From the sequence record LC918680.1: a DNA stretch of 46,345 nt; one strand, written 5' to 3'. Both the position numbers and the translations under genes were made by a program. Below are positions 1-9,456 of this stretch, piece by piece; within the stretch, counting starts at the first letter, position 1, and every line of letters starts with the position of its first letter. Under the pieces are notes generated by a model, which worked only from the letters and a program-made list of their open reading frames with translations, was not told the origin of the DNA and searched no databases. The DNA is from a phage.

Positions 1-1620
1 ATGCTTCACAACTGGATTCTTAATTGTCGTGATGGTTGGATTGGTGAAATTATGGCTAATTTAGTTTGGGAGGAAATGACGCCAGCAGAAAAGATGGCGG
101 TTAAGGCGATATCCACTCATAGCTTCGAGGGATTCTTGCGGGTGTGGTTCCAGCTAACTCAGGGAGAGCGGTACATTCCAAACTGGCATCATAAATACCT
201 TTGCAGAATCATTGACGAGATTATAGCAGGTGAGCGCAAGGACACTATCATTAACATAGCACCAGGTAGCGGAAAAACAGAGATAGCCTCAATTCACTTC
301 CCAGCCTACTCAATGGTTAAGTTGAGAAAGGTAAGGAACCTGAATATATCGTATGCTGACTCACTGGTTAAGCGTAACTCCAAGCGTGTGCGCGACTTAA
401 TTAAGTCTGTTGAGTTCCAGGAGTTGTTCCCATGTAAGTTTGGTACGTGTAAGGATGATGAGCTACAGGTCCTGGATGACTATGGCAAGGTCAGGTTTGA
501 GTCAATCTCTAAAGCCACTGGCGGCCAAATTACAGGCGCAAGGGGTGGATATATAACCGATTCGTATAGTGGTGCGGTACTGTTAGATGATTTTGACAAA
601 CCAGCCGACATGCTTTCTGCTGTTTTTCGCGCTAACAATCACGTGATGCTAAAGAATACAATACGCTCTCGTAGGGCGAGCTCCGTAAAAGGAAAGGCGA
701 CGCCGATTATCTCTATCCAACAGCGCCTTCATGTGAACGATAGTACGTGGTTCATGATGAATGGCGGTATGGGTATTAGCTTCGACTTGATTAAGATACC
801 GGCGCTCGTAACTGAGGATTACGTCGACACGCTTCCTGACTGGGTTAAGCAGCAATTCATTGATGACGTTCTATCAAGCGAATATATTGAGCGTGATGGT
901 GTTAGGTACTATAGCTATTTCCCTGGCAAGGAATCTGTTCACGACCTAATTGCAATGTGGGATTCTGATAGCTATACATTCCTTAGCCAGTATCAGCAAG
1001 AACCAGTAGCACTTGGCGGCAACCTGATTAACGTAGACTGGCTTCAACGCATTAGCGACACTCTGCGACCGCCAGCTAAGTACGATTACAGGTTTATGGT
1101 CCTTGATACTGCGATGACAACCAAAAGTTACAGCGACTTTAGCGTCATGCAGCTATGGGGTTATAAGGATGGGAAGATTTATCTGCTTGACCAGCGACGC
1201 GGTAAATTTGAAGCTCCTGAGCTCGAGGCTGAGTTATTGGATTTCGAGAAGATGGCTAGGGCATCCAATCAGATAGATGGCATCCTTCGTAAAATCATCA
1301 TCGAGAAGAAAGCCTCTGGTATTGGCCTGATTCAATCAGCCGGAAGGGTTATGCGAACGCCTATCGAGCCGTACGTGCCAGATAACGATAAGCTGACTCG
1401 CGTAATGAGTGCATTACCGCAGATTAAAGCTGGTAACGTAATCCTTCCGGAGTCTGCTACTTGGCTTAATGGCTTGCTAACGGAGATTGCGGCATTCACG
1501 GCAGATGATTCACATGTTCACGATGACCAGATAGACTGTTTGACAATGGCTGTCAACCTGGTACTGAACATTGCAGAAGACCCTAAATCGAGGATGATGC
1601 GCCTCGCTGGCATCAAATAG
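1..1620 (+). CDS. terL: terminase large subunit (start at window edge; may be 5'-truncated)
   Basis: 539-aa ORF; Walker A-like IAPGSGKT, Walker B-like VLLDDFD, C-terminal acidic nuclease-type residues (VLDTA, DDQIDC); heads the structural module. Confidence 0.85.
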   Translation: MLHNWILNCRDGWIGEIMANLVWEEMTPAEKMAVKAISTHSFEGFLRVWFQLTQGERYIPNWHHKYLCRIIDEIIAGERKDTIINIAPGSGKTEIASIHFPAYSMVKLRKVRNLNISYADSLVKRNSKRVRDLIKSVEFQELFPCKFGTCKDDELQVLDDYGKVRFESISKATGGQITGARGGYITDSYSGAVLLDDFDKPADMLSAVFRANNHVMLKNTIRSRRASSVKGKATPIISIQQRLHVNDSTWFMMNGGMGISFDLIKIPALVTEDYVDTLPDWVKQQFIDDVLSSEYIERDGVRYYSYFPGKESVHDLIAMWDSDSYTFLSQYQQEPVALGGNLINVDWLQRISDTLRPPAKYDYRFMVLDTAMTTKSYSDFSVMQLWGYKDGKIYLLDQRRGKFEAPELEAELLDFEKMARASNQIDGILRKIIIEKKASGIGLIQSAGRVMRTPIEPYVPDNDKLTRVMSALPQIKAGNVILPESATWLNGLLTEIAAFTADDSHVHDDQIDCLTMAVNLVLNIAEDPKSRMMRLAGIK

Positions 1621-1632
1621 CACGTTTTGCTA
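1618..1632 (+). promoter_or_regulatory. boundary motif TAGCAC-N3-TTGCTA, copy 1
   Basis: TAGCACGTTTTGCTA; first 3 nt are the terL stop codon. Confidence 0.6.
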
Positions 1633-1689
1633 AAGACGCTCCGCCAAGGATGGCTTATAGTTACTTCACGCAAACGAGAGGAGTAAAAA

Positions 1690-2043
1690 ATGAAAGCAGT
1701 ATTTAAAGGGTATAAAAAAGATGGTTATTTTAAGTTTACCGTTGGTAAGATTTATGACTTATCAAGAACGCCTGGAAGTAATAATGAATACGTCAAAGTT
1801 AAGGATGATAAAGGCTATTTTGGCGTAATTAATCTTAGTGTTTATGATTTCGAAGTTATAGAGCCTACCGATTTTGTCGTTAAAGGTGATAATTTTAAAG
1901 TTGAAAAGGCTGGGATTAAATACTTCATCAACAAAAACATAGTAACTAAAGAGGCATTTTATGAAGTCAGAAGGGAGGTTCGCCAGTTAACACTTAATGG
2001 AGTGAAAACATCATCAATCAAGTTCGAAGTAAAATTCGAGTAA
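1690..2043 (+). CDS. hypothetical protein (AT-rich moron between terL and portal)
   Basis: ATG with SD GAGAGGAG upstream; boundary motif upstream and hairpin+T-run downstream; Lys/Tyr-rich, no recognisable motifs. Confidence 0.55.
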   Translation: MKAVFKGYKKDGYFKFTVGKIYDLSRTPGSNNEYVKVKDDKGYFGVINLSVYDFEVIEPTDFVVKGDNFKVEKAGIKYFINKNIVTKEAFYEVRREVRQLTLNGVKTSSIKFEVKFE

Positions 2044-2065
2044 CCATAAAAGCTATGCTAAACTA

Positions 2066-2089
2066 AGCCCCTAAATTGGGCTTTTTATT
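2066..2089 (+). terminator. intrinsic terminator candidate
   Basis: AGCCC-CTAAATT-GGGCT + TTTTTATT. Confidence 0.5.
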
Positions 2090-2101
2090 GGAGCAAATAA
2101 A

Positions 2102-3373
2102 ATGGTAAAAGCAGATTCATACGCCACGCAATTTCTTGGTGGCCCCAGTGATGGTAGCGAGATTTACGGGCACTTTGGCAACACGTATCTTACACCTCCT
2201 TTCGCTGATTCACTGTACGCATCAAACTCAATTGTACGCCGCATCGTCGACACCATACCGGAGACAGCAATCGCCGCAGGTTTCCATATCGATGGTATTG
2301 ATGACGAAGGTGAATTCTGGTCCAGGTGGGATTACCTGAAGGTTAACGAGTCAATCTCTGACGCATGGTCATGGGCGAGGTTATTTGGCGGCTCTGCAAT
2401 TGTGGCTATCGTTAAGGACAATCGTGCGCTAACCAGCCCGGTACGTGAAGGCGCGGAACTTGAATCACTTCGCGTTTATGAGCGTAGCCAGGTAAGAGTT
2501 CAGACTAAGGAGGAAAACCCTCGCAATGTGCGATTCGGTAAGCCATTAACGTACCGCATCACGCCAGAAGGTAGCGCCATGTTTTATGATGTGCACTACT
2601 CGCGAGTTCACATTATGGATGGCGAGAAGATTCCTAGTTCATTGCGTCGCGGTAATGAAGGGTGGGGTGCTAGCGTTCTGGTTCCTGACCTGCTTGAATC
2701 AATCAAGGATTATCAGACGTGTGAGAAACTGGCAACTCAGTTATTGCGCCGCAAGCAGCAGGCGGTGTGGAAGGCTAAAGGCCTTGCTGAACTGTGTGAC
2801 GACGCGGAAGGTTTTGGTGCGGCCAGGTTGAGGCTTGCCCAGGTTGATGATAACTCTGGCGTTGGTCGCGCGATTGGTATCGACGCTGAAGCTGAAGAGT
2901 ACAGCGTTCTTAACTCGGATATTGGTGGGATTGATGGATTCCTCGATAAGAAGTTCGACAGAATTGTTGCTCTGAGCGGTATCCATGAAATCATTCTCAA
3001 AGGTCGTAACGTTGGCGGGTTGTCATCAAGCCAGAATACAGCGCTAGAGACTTTCCACAAGCTAATCGACCGCAAGCGCAATGAGGAGTTACTTCCAGTG
3101 CTTGGTTTCTTAATCCCATTCATCACAACCGAGCAGGAATGGTCAGTTGAGTTTAAACCTCTAGCTCAGGAATCGAAAAAGGACCGAGCTGAAATACTGA
3201 AGAATAACGTTGATTCAATATCCGCCCTCATCACTAACGGCGTAATGGATGCTGATGAAGCACGAGATACCTTGCGCGCATTAGCCCCAGAGGTTAAGAT
3301 TGGTGATGGTTCGATTGCAAATGAGCAGCCCGCTCAGGAAGAATCACCAAAAGAGGAGCCTGCAATTGAATAA
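2102..3373 (+). CDS. portal protein (by position and size)
   Basis: 423-aa ORF immediately after terL with acidic C-terminus; assignment is positional, no motif check possible. Confidence 0.6.
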   Translation: MVKADSYATQFLGGPSDGSEIYGHFGNTYLTPPFADSLYASNSIVRRIVDTIPETAIAAGFHIDGIDDEGEFWSRWDYLKVNESISDAWSWARLFGGSAIVAIVKDNRALTSPVREGAELESLRVYERSQVRVQTKEENPRNVRFGKPLTYRITPEGSAMFYDVHYSRVHIMDGEKIPSSLRRGNEGWGASVLVPDLLESIKDYQTCEKLATQLLRRKQQAVWKAKGLAELCDDAEGFGAARLRLAQVDDNSGVGRAIGIDAEAEEYSVLNSDIGGIDGFLDKKFDRIVALSGIHEIILKGRNVGGLSSSQNTALETFHKLIDRKRNEELLPVLGFLIPFITTEQEWSVEFKPLAQESKKDRAEILKNNVDSISALITNGVMDADEARDTLRALAPEVKIGDGSIANEQPAQEESPKEEPAIE

Positions 3374-3393
3374 TAAAGGTGAGGAGGATTGGG

Positions 3394-4500
3394 ATGTATA
3401 AGAATCGCTTTGATACAGCAACATTCAAAGCCACCATTGACGAGAATGGTTTTCTCGTCGATACGCCAGTAGTAGCAAGGGTTGGTGTGCAGGTTTATTT
3501 CACAGAGGACGGTTCGACTGTTCGAGAGTTCAGGCCAGCAGAAGAAGTCTTCAAAGAGGAGTCGCTAGCCAGTTACCAGGGTAAGCCAATGACTCTTAAC
3601 CACGTCTTTGTAAACTCCGATAACGCTAAAGACGTAGTGGTCGGCTCGGTAACTGGTAAAGCTGAGGCTCTAGGAAGTACGGTAATTGCGCCAATTGTCG
3701 TATACTCTCAAGAAGCTATTGACGAGGCTCGCTCAGGTAACGCTAAGGAATTATCTGTAGGTTACTCGGCAGTTCTTGATGAAACTCCAGGTTGGGGCGA
3801 CCCGGCAACTGGTAAGTACATTCTTAGGACTGACAACACGCAGGGTTTGGATATACCCACTGACTGGCAAGAGTTCGACGCAATCCAGAGAGACATTAAG
3901 GTAAACCATTTAGCTATGGTCTTCAGGGGTAGGGCTGGAATTGCTAAGCTAAATATGGACGGGCAGCAAGAAAACCCGTATACTGACAACGTTGATTTAA
4001 ATACTAAGGAAAACAAAATGACAGTTAAGATTAAGATTGACTCTGTTGAAGTTGAGGTGTCCAAAGAAGTTGCAGACCACATCTCCAAGATTAACTCCGC
4101 TGTTGAAGCACAGAAAGCTAAGGTTGACTCCATTGAAGCTGAGCGTGATGCACTGAAAGCCAAGGTGGACGCAATGCCTGCTGAAATCGAGAAAGCAGTC
4201 AAAGCCGCTAAAGCTGATGCTGAAGCGCTTGCCGCTCTGGTTGCCGTAGCCGCAGAGGTTGGCGTTAAGACTGATGGTCTGGAAGCTAAAGATATAAAAG
4301 CAGCATACGTTAAAGAAGTTTCCGGCCTTGATGTTTCCGAGAAGTCCGACGCATACATCGACGCAGCGTTCGACATTGCCAAAGATTCTGATAAAATGGC
4401 TGAAGTTCGCAAGGCAACCGCAGCTTCCGACAAATCTGATGCTGCCGACGCACCTAAGAAATTAGACCCGCGCGCTCGTTTAGCAAAAATTAAAAAGTAA
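3394..4500 (+). CDS. putative head maturation/scaffolding protein (globular N-domain + Ala/Lys/Glu-rich coiled-coil C-domain)
   Basis: ATG 3394 with AGGAGG 6 nt upstream (track start 3379 is GTG); C-terminal half strongly coiled-coil-like (AEAL, KAKVD repeats). Confidence 0.45.
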   Translation: MYKNRFDTATFKATIDENGFLVDTPVVARVGVQVYFTEDGSTVREFRPAEEVFKEESLASYQGKPMTLNHVFVNSDNAKDVVVGSVTGKAEALGSTVIAPIVVYSQEAIDEARSGNAKELSVGYSAVLDETPGWGDPATGKYILRTDNTQGLDIPTDWQEFDAIQRDIKVNHLAMVFRGRAGIAKLNMDGQQENPYTDNVDLNTKENKMTVKIKIDSVEVEVSKEVADHISKINSAVEAQKAKVDSIEAERDALKAKVDAMPAEIEKAVKAAKADAEALAALVAVAAEVGVKTDGLEAKDIKAAYVKEVSGLDVSEKSDAYIDAAFDIAKDSDKMAEVRKATAASDKSDAADAPKKLDPRARLAKIKK

Positions 4501-4511
4501 GGAGATAGATA

Positions 4512-5009
4512 ATGGCAATTCGTTCTGTAGCACTGGCTGGTATGGTATCTGATACCTCCCTGTATAATATCGATGGCGCGTGTGTAGTTGGCGGTACCAC
4601 TGAAATTCCTGTTGGTGTAGCTGTTAAAGTATCTACGCTAGAACCGTTAGCTGATGGTCACAAATCCGTTATTGCAACTGGTATTGCTGCAAACTCGGCT
4701 TGTGGCGTAGTTGTTCGTTCTAATTACGAGACTCCAGATGGCACCGCTAAAGTGAAAGAGGCTGTTAACGTAATGACCGCTGGCCGAATCTGGATGCGCA
4801 CTAACCTTAAAGTAGCGCCAAGCTTCGGTACTGCCGTTTTTGTGAATTCAACTGGCGTAGTTGTTGCAGGCGCAGAAGCTGGCGGCGTGGCAACTGGCTG
4901 GACATTCGCTGGCGGATTCATTCCCGCAGCAACCGCAGATGGCGCAATGCCAACTCAAGGTGATAGCGTTGATGGTCCTCTGGTAGAAGTTCAGGTTAAG
5001 CAGAAGTAA
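4512..5009 (+). CDS. putative head decoration/minor capsid protein
   Basis: 165-aa Gly/Ala/Val-rich ORF between scaffold-like gene and capsid gene, followed by strong terminator. Confidence 0.4.
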   Translation: MAIRSVALAGMVSDTSLYNIDGACVVGGTTEIPVGVAVKVSTLEPLADGHKSVIATGIAANSACGVVVRSNYETPDGTAKVKEAVNVMTAGRIWMRTNLKVAPSFGTAVFVNSTGVVVAGAEAGGVATGWTFAGGFIPAATADGAMPTQGDSVDGPLVEVQVKQK

Positions 5010-5029
5010 GATTATCATTAATTAAACAA

Positions 5030-5051
5030 GCCTCCTTCGGGAGGTTTTTTG
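5030..5051 (+). terminator. intrinsic terminator
   Basis: GCCTCC-TTCG-GGAGG + TTTTTT. Confidence 0.75.
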
Positions 5052-5158
5052 TGTCTTTTGCCATCCAGATTTAATCCTCATGTATGATGCTATTGTAGCA
5101 ACCACAAAGTCGTGTATAATTGACTCGTACATACCTAACTGAAAAGGAATAAACAAGA

Positions 5159-6106
5159 ATGGCCATTAAATTTGATGCAGAACAAGCAAAAATCACCGCT
5201 CACCTTGAGCAAATGGGTGTAGATAAGGCTGATGCTGCTGGTATCTGGACCGTTAAGCAGTTAACCGCATCACTGAATCGCGCTTACGAACAAGAATACT
5301 CAGATAACTCAGTTGTTAATATCTTTCCTGTAACCAATGAAATCCCTGGTCACGCGAAGTACTTCGAGTATCCAGAGTTTGATGGTGTTGGTATTGCTCA
5401 GATTATCTCTGATTACTCTGACGACCTGCCGTTGGTTGATGCGCTCATGACAGAGAAGCAGGGTAAAGTATTCCGCTTTGGTAACGCGTTTATGATCTCA
5501 GTTGATGAGATTAAAGTTGGCGCAGCTACTGGTCAGCCATTGTCTGCTCGTAAACAGGCTCTGGCTTTCGAGGCTCACGACAACCTGCTCGATAAACTGG
5601 TATGGTCCGGCTCTTCTCCGCACGGAATCGTAAGTGTTTTTAACCATCCGAATATTAACAACGTAGTTGCAACCCCTAATTGGAGCGTTCCGCAAAACGC
5701 AGTTGACGACATTACCGCAATGATTGACGCGGTTGAGAGCAGTACTCGAGGATTCCACCATGTAACTGACATTCTGTTGCCAGCATCTGCTCGCCGCCAC
5801 ATGCAGCGACTGGTTGATAATACAACCTTAAGCTATGGTGAGTTATTTACTCGCAATAACCCAGGTATCACCTTGCGCTACATGCAGGCCCTGGATAACT
5901 ACGATGGCGCAAATGGAAAAGCTGCACTGGCATTTGAGAAGAACGCATTAAATGCTAGTATTGAGATTCCAGAAGCGACTAACGTGTTACCTGCTCAGCC
6001 GCGCGACTTGCACTTCCGATTCCCTGTAACTTCCAAGTCCACAGGCTTGGTTATTTATAGGCCTCTAACTTTCGCAGTAATCAAAGGCATTACCTTTACT
6101 GCGTAA
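5159..6106 (+). CDS. major capsid protein (by position and size)
   Basis: 315-aa ORF in head module flanked by strong intrinsic terminators, consistent with a highly expressed structural gene. Confidence 0.6.
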   Translation: MAIKFDAEQAKITAHLEQMGVDKADAAGIWTVKQLTASLNRAYEQEYSDNSVVNIFPVTNEIPGHAKYFEYPEFDGVGIAQIISDYSDDLPLVDALMTEKQGKVFRFGNAFMISVDEIKVGAATGQPLSARKQALAFEAHDNLLDKLVWSGSSPHGIVSVFNHPNINNVVATPNWSVPQNAVDDITAMIDAVESSTRGFHHVTDILLPASARRHMQRLVDNTTLSYGELFTRNNPGITLRYMQALDNYDGANGKAALAFEKNALNASIEIPEATNVLPAQPRDLHFRFPVTSKSTGLVIYRPLTFAVIKGITFTA

Positions 6107-6112
6107 TGAATC

Positions 6113-6136
6113 GCCCTCTTAGGAGGGCTTTTTTTA
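6113..6136 (+). terminator. intrinsic terminator after capsid gene
   Basis: GCCCTC-TTAG-GAGGGC + TTTTTTT. Confidence 0.8.
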
Positions 6137-6199
6137 CGTCTGTACCAAATGGAACTGTTGGGTTATAATCACTAAATCAGATAAACAAAGGAGCAAGTA

Positions 6200-6445
6200 A
6201 TGATTAAGTTAGAACACACTGGCGCATGCATGATTGTTTATAATGGTGCCAAATACTTACCAGGCGACACAATTGAAGCAAATGAACTTTGTGATGGACT
6301 TAAGCGCCTGATTGCTGAAGGCAAGCTCGCTATTGAAGGTGACTACAAGGCAACTAAAGAAGTGGCGCAGGAAATCAACAGTAAGAAAAAACGCAAAGAA
6401 CCGAAGACCATTGACGAAGCTCAGACTGGTCAGGAATATAAATAA
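6200..6445 (+). CDS. hypothetical protein
   Basis: 81-aa ORF with SD AAGGAG upstream; Lys-rich C-terminus. Confidence 0.5.
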   Translation: MIKLEHTGACMIVYNGAKYLPGDTIEANELCDGLKRLIAEGKLAIEGDYKATKEVAQEINSKKKRKEPKTIDEAQTGQEYK

Positions 6446-6451
6446 CCAAAT

Positions 6452-6474
6452 GGGCGCTTAGGCGTCCGTTTTTG
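6452..6474 (+). terminator. intrinsic terminator candidate
   Basis: GGGCGC-TTAG-GCGTCC (one G-U) + GTTTTT. Confidence 0.45.
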
Positions 6475-6486
6475 TATGGAGGTTTT

Positions 6487-6882
6487 ATGAACGAACAAGC
6501 ATTAGCCTTTATGAAGTCGCTGGTTCCTGCTCTTAAGAATATTCCAGATGAAACGCTGGACGTATGGCTTGAGTTAGCTAAGCTATACATCTGCACCAGT
6601 AAGTTTGGTGATGATGCTTATAAAGCGCTGTCGCTATACACTCTGCACATTGCCTTTCTTGATGGCGCGCTTAAGCAGAATGAGTCGCTGGATGATTATG
6701 GCAAGAAGGTGGCAAGTTACTCCCTGAGCGGTGAATTTTCTATCAGCTATGAATCCACCTCGCAAACTCAATCATCATTGACAGCTACGCCGTGGGGCAG
6801 ACTTTACTGGAATCTCCTGCGCAAGAAAGGCGGCGGATTTGGCTTGATTACGTCCGCTGGGCGTGAGTGCGGTTGCCAATGA
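6487..6882 (+). CDS. putative head-tail connector/adaptor protein
   Basis: ATG 6487 with GGAGG upstream (track start 6472 is TTG); position between capsid and tail genes; stop overlaps next start (ATGA). Confidence 0.45.
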   Translation: MNEQALAFMKSLVPALKNIPDETLDVWLELAKLYICTSKFGDDAYKALSLYTLHIAFLDGALKQNESLDDYGKKVASYSLSGEFSISYESTSQTQSSLTATPWGRLYWNLLRKKGGGFGLITSAGRECGCQ

Positions 6883-7250
6883 ATTACTCCCAAGTAGAAT
6901 CATTAATGCGCACGGGCATCAATATCTTTAGTGATGGCGATGGTACATTCACGATGAATACTGGTAAAGGTGGTGTCGAAATTGTTGACGGCGTTGAGGT
7001 TCCTGTAGCTGGCGGCACTGCATTAATCAAGGGGCTGGTGAGGGAGATTAAAACCAGAGATATTGATGGCGAATATATCCAGTTTGGTGACAAGCGTGGA
7101 ATTTTCACTTCTGAAGTCCCAATCTTGCAGGGCTACAGGATTATAGTTGACGATGAAACTTACACTGTAGTCGACCCGAGGCCAGTCAAACCAACAGGAA
7201 CTATAGTGGCTTACAGACCAATTCTAAGGAGGGTTGCTACCTATGGCTAG
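6879..7250 (+). CDS. putative head-tail joining protein
   Basis: ATGA-coupled to upstream gene; neck-module position. Confidence 0.45.
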   Translation: MNYSQVESLMRTGINIFSDGDGTFTMNTGKGGVEIVDGVEVPVAGGTALIKGLVREIKTRDIDGEYIQFGDKRGIFTSEVPILQGYRIIVDDETYTVVDPRPVKPTGTIVAYRPILRRVATYG

Positions 7251-7680
7251 AAATATTGGTGGGTTGGCTACATTTACGAATAGTATTGCTGATTGGATTG
7301 ATAGAGCTGATGATAACTTCTCTGATATTGTTTCTGGCACTGTAATTAAGGCTGCTAACGCCATCGTTGATTTATCGCCTGTTGATACTGGTAGGTTTAA
7401 GGCTAACTGGCAGATTACAGCGAACTCCCCAGCCGCCCAGTCTCTGAATGATTACGACAAAACAGGTGGAGATACAAAAAGGTATCTGGCAAGGCAAGCT
7501 CGAGCTGTGGCTAATTCACCAGCGACAAAGGTTATCTACATAACTAACAGGCTTGATTACGCCTCTGACCTTGAGTATGGAGCGTCACAACAAGCTCCAG
7601 CAGGTGTCCTTGGCGTTGTGAATATCAGGTTAGGAAGATACTTCGAAGAGGCAGTTGCCGAAGCAAGGAGTAAAAGATAA
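7243..7680 (+). CDS. putative neck/head-tail joining protein (HK97 gp10-like by position)
   Basis: ATG 7243 overlapping upstream stop; neck-module position; family assignment unverified. Confidence 0.45.
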   Translation: MARNIGGLATFTNSIADWIDRADDNFSDIVSGTVIKAANAIVDLSPVDTGRFKANWQITANSPAAQSLNDYDKTGGDTKRYLARQARAVANSPATKVIYITNRLDYASDLEYGASQQAPAGVLGVVNIRLGRYFEEAVAEARSKR

Positions 7681-8078
7681 TGCAGTATGAGCTATCCTTA
7701 GCAGCAAGGAGGTTTGTGACTGATTTGGTTAAAACGTTTCCAGTCAGGTATCCAATTTCCTATGAAAACGTAGCCTTCTCTCCTCCCAATAATGGTGGTA
7801 TGTGGCTGAAATACGATTACACAGAGGCAGATACCGTAACCTACAGCCTGAGTCGCAAGTGTAAGTACTATGTTGGCATGGTTCAGGTATCCGTCTTTTT
7901 CTCACCAGGTGATGGTGTCGACAGTGCAAGGAGGGTTGCTAATCAATTGGCAGAATCCATGACTGATGGTACAATGCTTGACACAGGCTACATTTATGAG
8001 GGCGGCGTGGTTCACCCAGTAGTGAAGTCAAAATCTGGCTGGTTTATTCCAGTTCGTTTCTATGTTCGTCTTGACTAA
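7680..8078 (+). CDS. putative tail terminator/completion protein
   Basis: 132-aa ORF start-overlapping upstream stop, immediately before major tail gene. Confidence 0.45.
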   Translation: MQYELSLAARRFVTDLVKTFPVRYPISYENVAFSPPNNGGMWLKYDYTEADTVTYSLSRKCKYYVGMVQVSVFFSPGDGVDSARRVANQLAESMTDGTMLDTGYIYEGGVVHPVVKSKSGWFIPVRFYVRLD

Positions 8079-8089
8079 AAGGAAAATAT

Positions 8090-8749
8090 ATGGCCCATCT
8101 TAGTAATGGCACTCAGGTCTTCGTAGAAGGCTCCAGGGGAGCTACTATTGACGTAACTGCAATTTCCAATGCTGTTACTCCTGTTTTAACTTTGTCCAGC
8201 GTTGCTGGTATTGCACGCGGTGATTACCTGCTATTTACCAGCTCAGCTTCGACCCTGCTGGCTGATAAGCAAGTTCGCGTTACCGAGGTATCTGATTCAA
8301 CCGTAACTGTTGAAGGTATTGATACCTCCAACACCACTAAGTTCCCAGCTGGCTTAACTGGTGAAGTTGTTAAGATTCTTACTTGGTTTGAAGTTCCTTG
8401 TGTTCATGACGTATCCACTGATGGCGGCGAACAGCAGTTCGTTAACTTCCAGTGTTTATCTGATGAACGTGAGCAGCAGATTCCAACTTATAAGTCTGCG
8501 GTAACCAACACCTACACGTTTGCGCACGAATACACCAACCCGATATATCCGATTCTGCGTAACTATGACGAAGCTGGTACTATTGTTGCTATTCGTCTGT
8601 TCGTACCTCGAGCTAGAGAGATGCGTCTCCAGTCTGGCACTATCGCTTTCAACGACACCCCAAGCATTGGTGTTAACGAAATCGAAACGGTATCCATCGC
8701 GGTATCTATCCGTGGTAGGTTGAGTTCTGTAGCTTCTGAACTGGCATAA
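8090..8749 (+). CDS. major tail protein
   Basis: 219-aa ORF before chaperone and tape measure genes, followed by strong terminator. Confidence 0.6.
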   Translation: MAHLSNGTQVFVEGSRGATIDVTAISNAVTPVLTLSSVAGIARGDYLLFTSSASTLLADKQVRVTEVSDSTVTVEGIDTSNTTKFPAGLTGEVVKILTWFEVPCVHDVSTDGGEQQFVNFQCLSDEREQQIPTYKSAVTNTYTFAHEYTNPIYPILRNYDEAGTIVAIRLFVPRAREMRLQSGTIAFNDTPSIGVNEIETVSIAVSIRGRLSSVASELA

Positions 8750-8756
8750 ATATAAA

Positions 8757-8778
8757 CCCTCTTCGGAGGGTTTTTTAT
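8757..8778 (+). terminator. intrinsic terminator after major tail gene
   Basis: CCCTC-TTCG-GAGGG + TTTTTT. Confidence 0.75.
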
Positions 8779-8781
8779 TGA

Positions 8782-8796
8782 TAGCACTTTTTGTTA
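8782..8796 (+). promoter_or_regulatory. boundary motif copy 2
   Basis: TAGCACTTTTTGTTA after major-tail terminator. Confidence 0.5.
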
Positions 8797-8857
8797 AAGA
8801 CCAAATCGCGGATTGCTGTATAGTTCATTCATCGAAACGAAATGAGATATTAGTGAA

Positions 8858-9106
8858 ATGAACAACGTTAAAAACATCATCAAACTTGCTGCTGCTCTTG
8901 GTGCTTTCTACCTGGCAATTCAGATTGTTAACCCAACTGGTGGCGAAACCGCAAACTCTGATGCAATAAAGTATGAACATGAATTTAATAGTGCATATTC
9001 TCATTGTGAAAAAGTAGCTGGCGATAAGACAAATCAGATTCTGCATTATGGTCGCGAGGTGTGCACCGAAGTTGCTCACAACATTGTAAAAAACGAATCA
9101 AAGTAA
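8858..9106 (+). CDS. small secreted/membrane protein (moron in tail module)
   Basis: N-terminal hydrophobic segment IIKLAAALGAFYLAIQIV; AT-rich; preceded by terminator, boundary motif and conserved CATCGAAACGAAA leader. Confidence 0.55.
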   Translation: MNNVKNIIKLAAALGAFYLAIQIVNPTGGETANSDAIKYEHEFNSAYSHCEKVAGDKTNQILHYGREVCTEVAHNIVKNESK

Positions 9107-9141
9107 TATAATCATTCAACACAAACAAAGGAGATAACGAG

Positions 9142-9456
9142 ATGGCAAAATTTAAACTTTCACTTAAGGCGCTGCCTGACTTTAAACTTCCGGTTAAGTT
9201 TCAGTTAGCGAATGGTGAAGATGCAGAGGTGGTACTAACAGTTAAGCACAAGAAATCATCTGAACTTCAGGAGATTCTTAATCGTGAAAACTTCAGCACT
9301 AAAGAATTGATTAACGAAATCTGCTCTGACTGGGATTTAGAAGAACCATTTACCGATGAGAACGTAGATGAGTTTGCCAACCTTTTCCCTGGTGCCGTTC
9401 CATCACTGATGGATAGCTACATGAAAGCGCTAGCAGGTCAGCGAGTAAAAAACTAA
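9142..9456 (+). CDS. tail assembly chaperone (lambda G-like)
   Basis: 104-aa acidic ORF directly upstream of tape measure gene; ends in slippery A_AAA_AAC. Confidence 0.6.
   Translation: MAKFKLSLKALPDFKLPVKFQLANGEDAEVVLTVKHKKSSELQEILNRENFSTKELINEICSDWDLEEPFTDENVDEFANLFPGAVPSLMDSYMKALAGQRVKN
9447..9453 (+). other. -1 programmed ribosomal frameshift slippery heptamer A_AAA_AAC
   Basis: X_XXY_YYZ heptamer in G frame 3 nt before stop; -1 frame open into T-like ORF. Confidence 0.55.
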
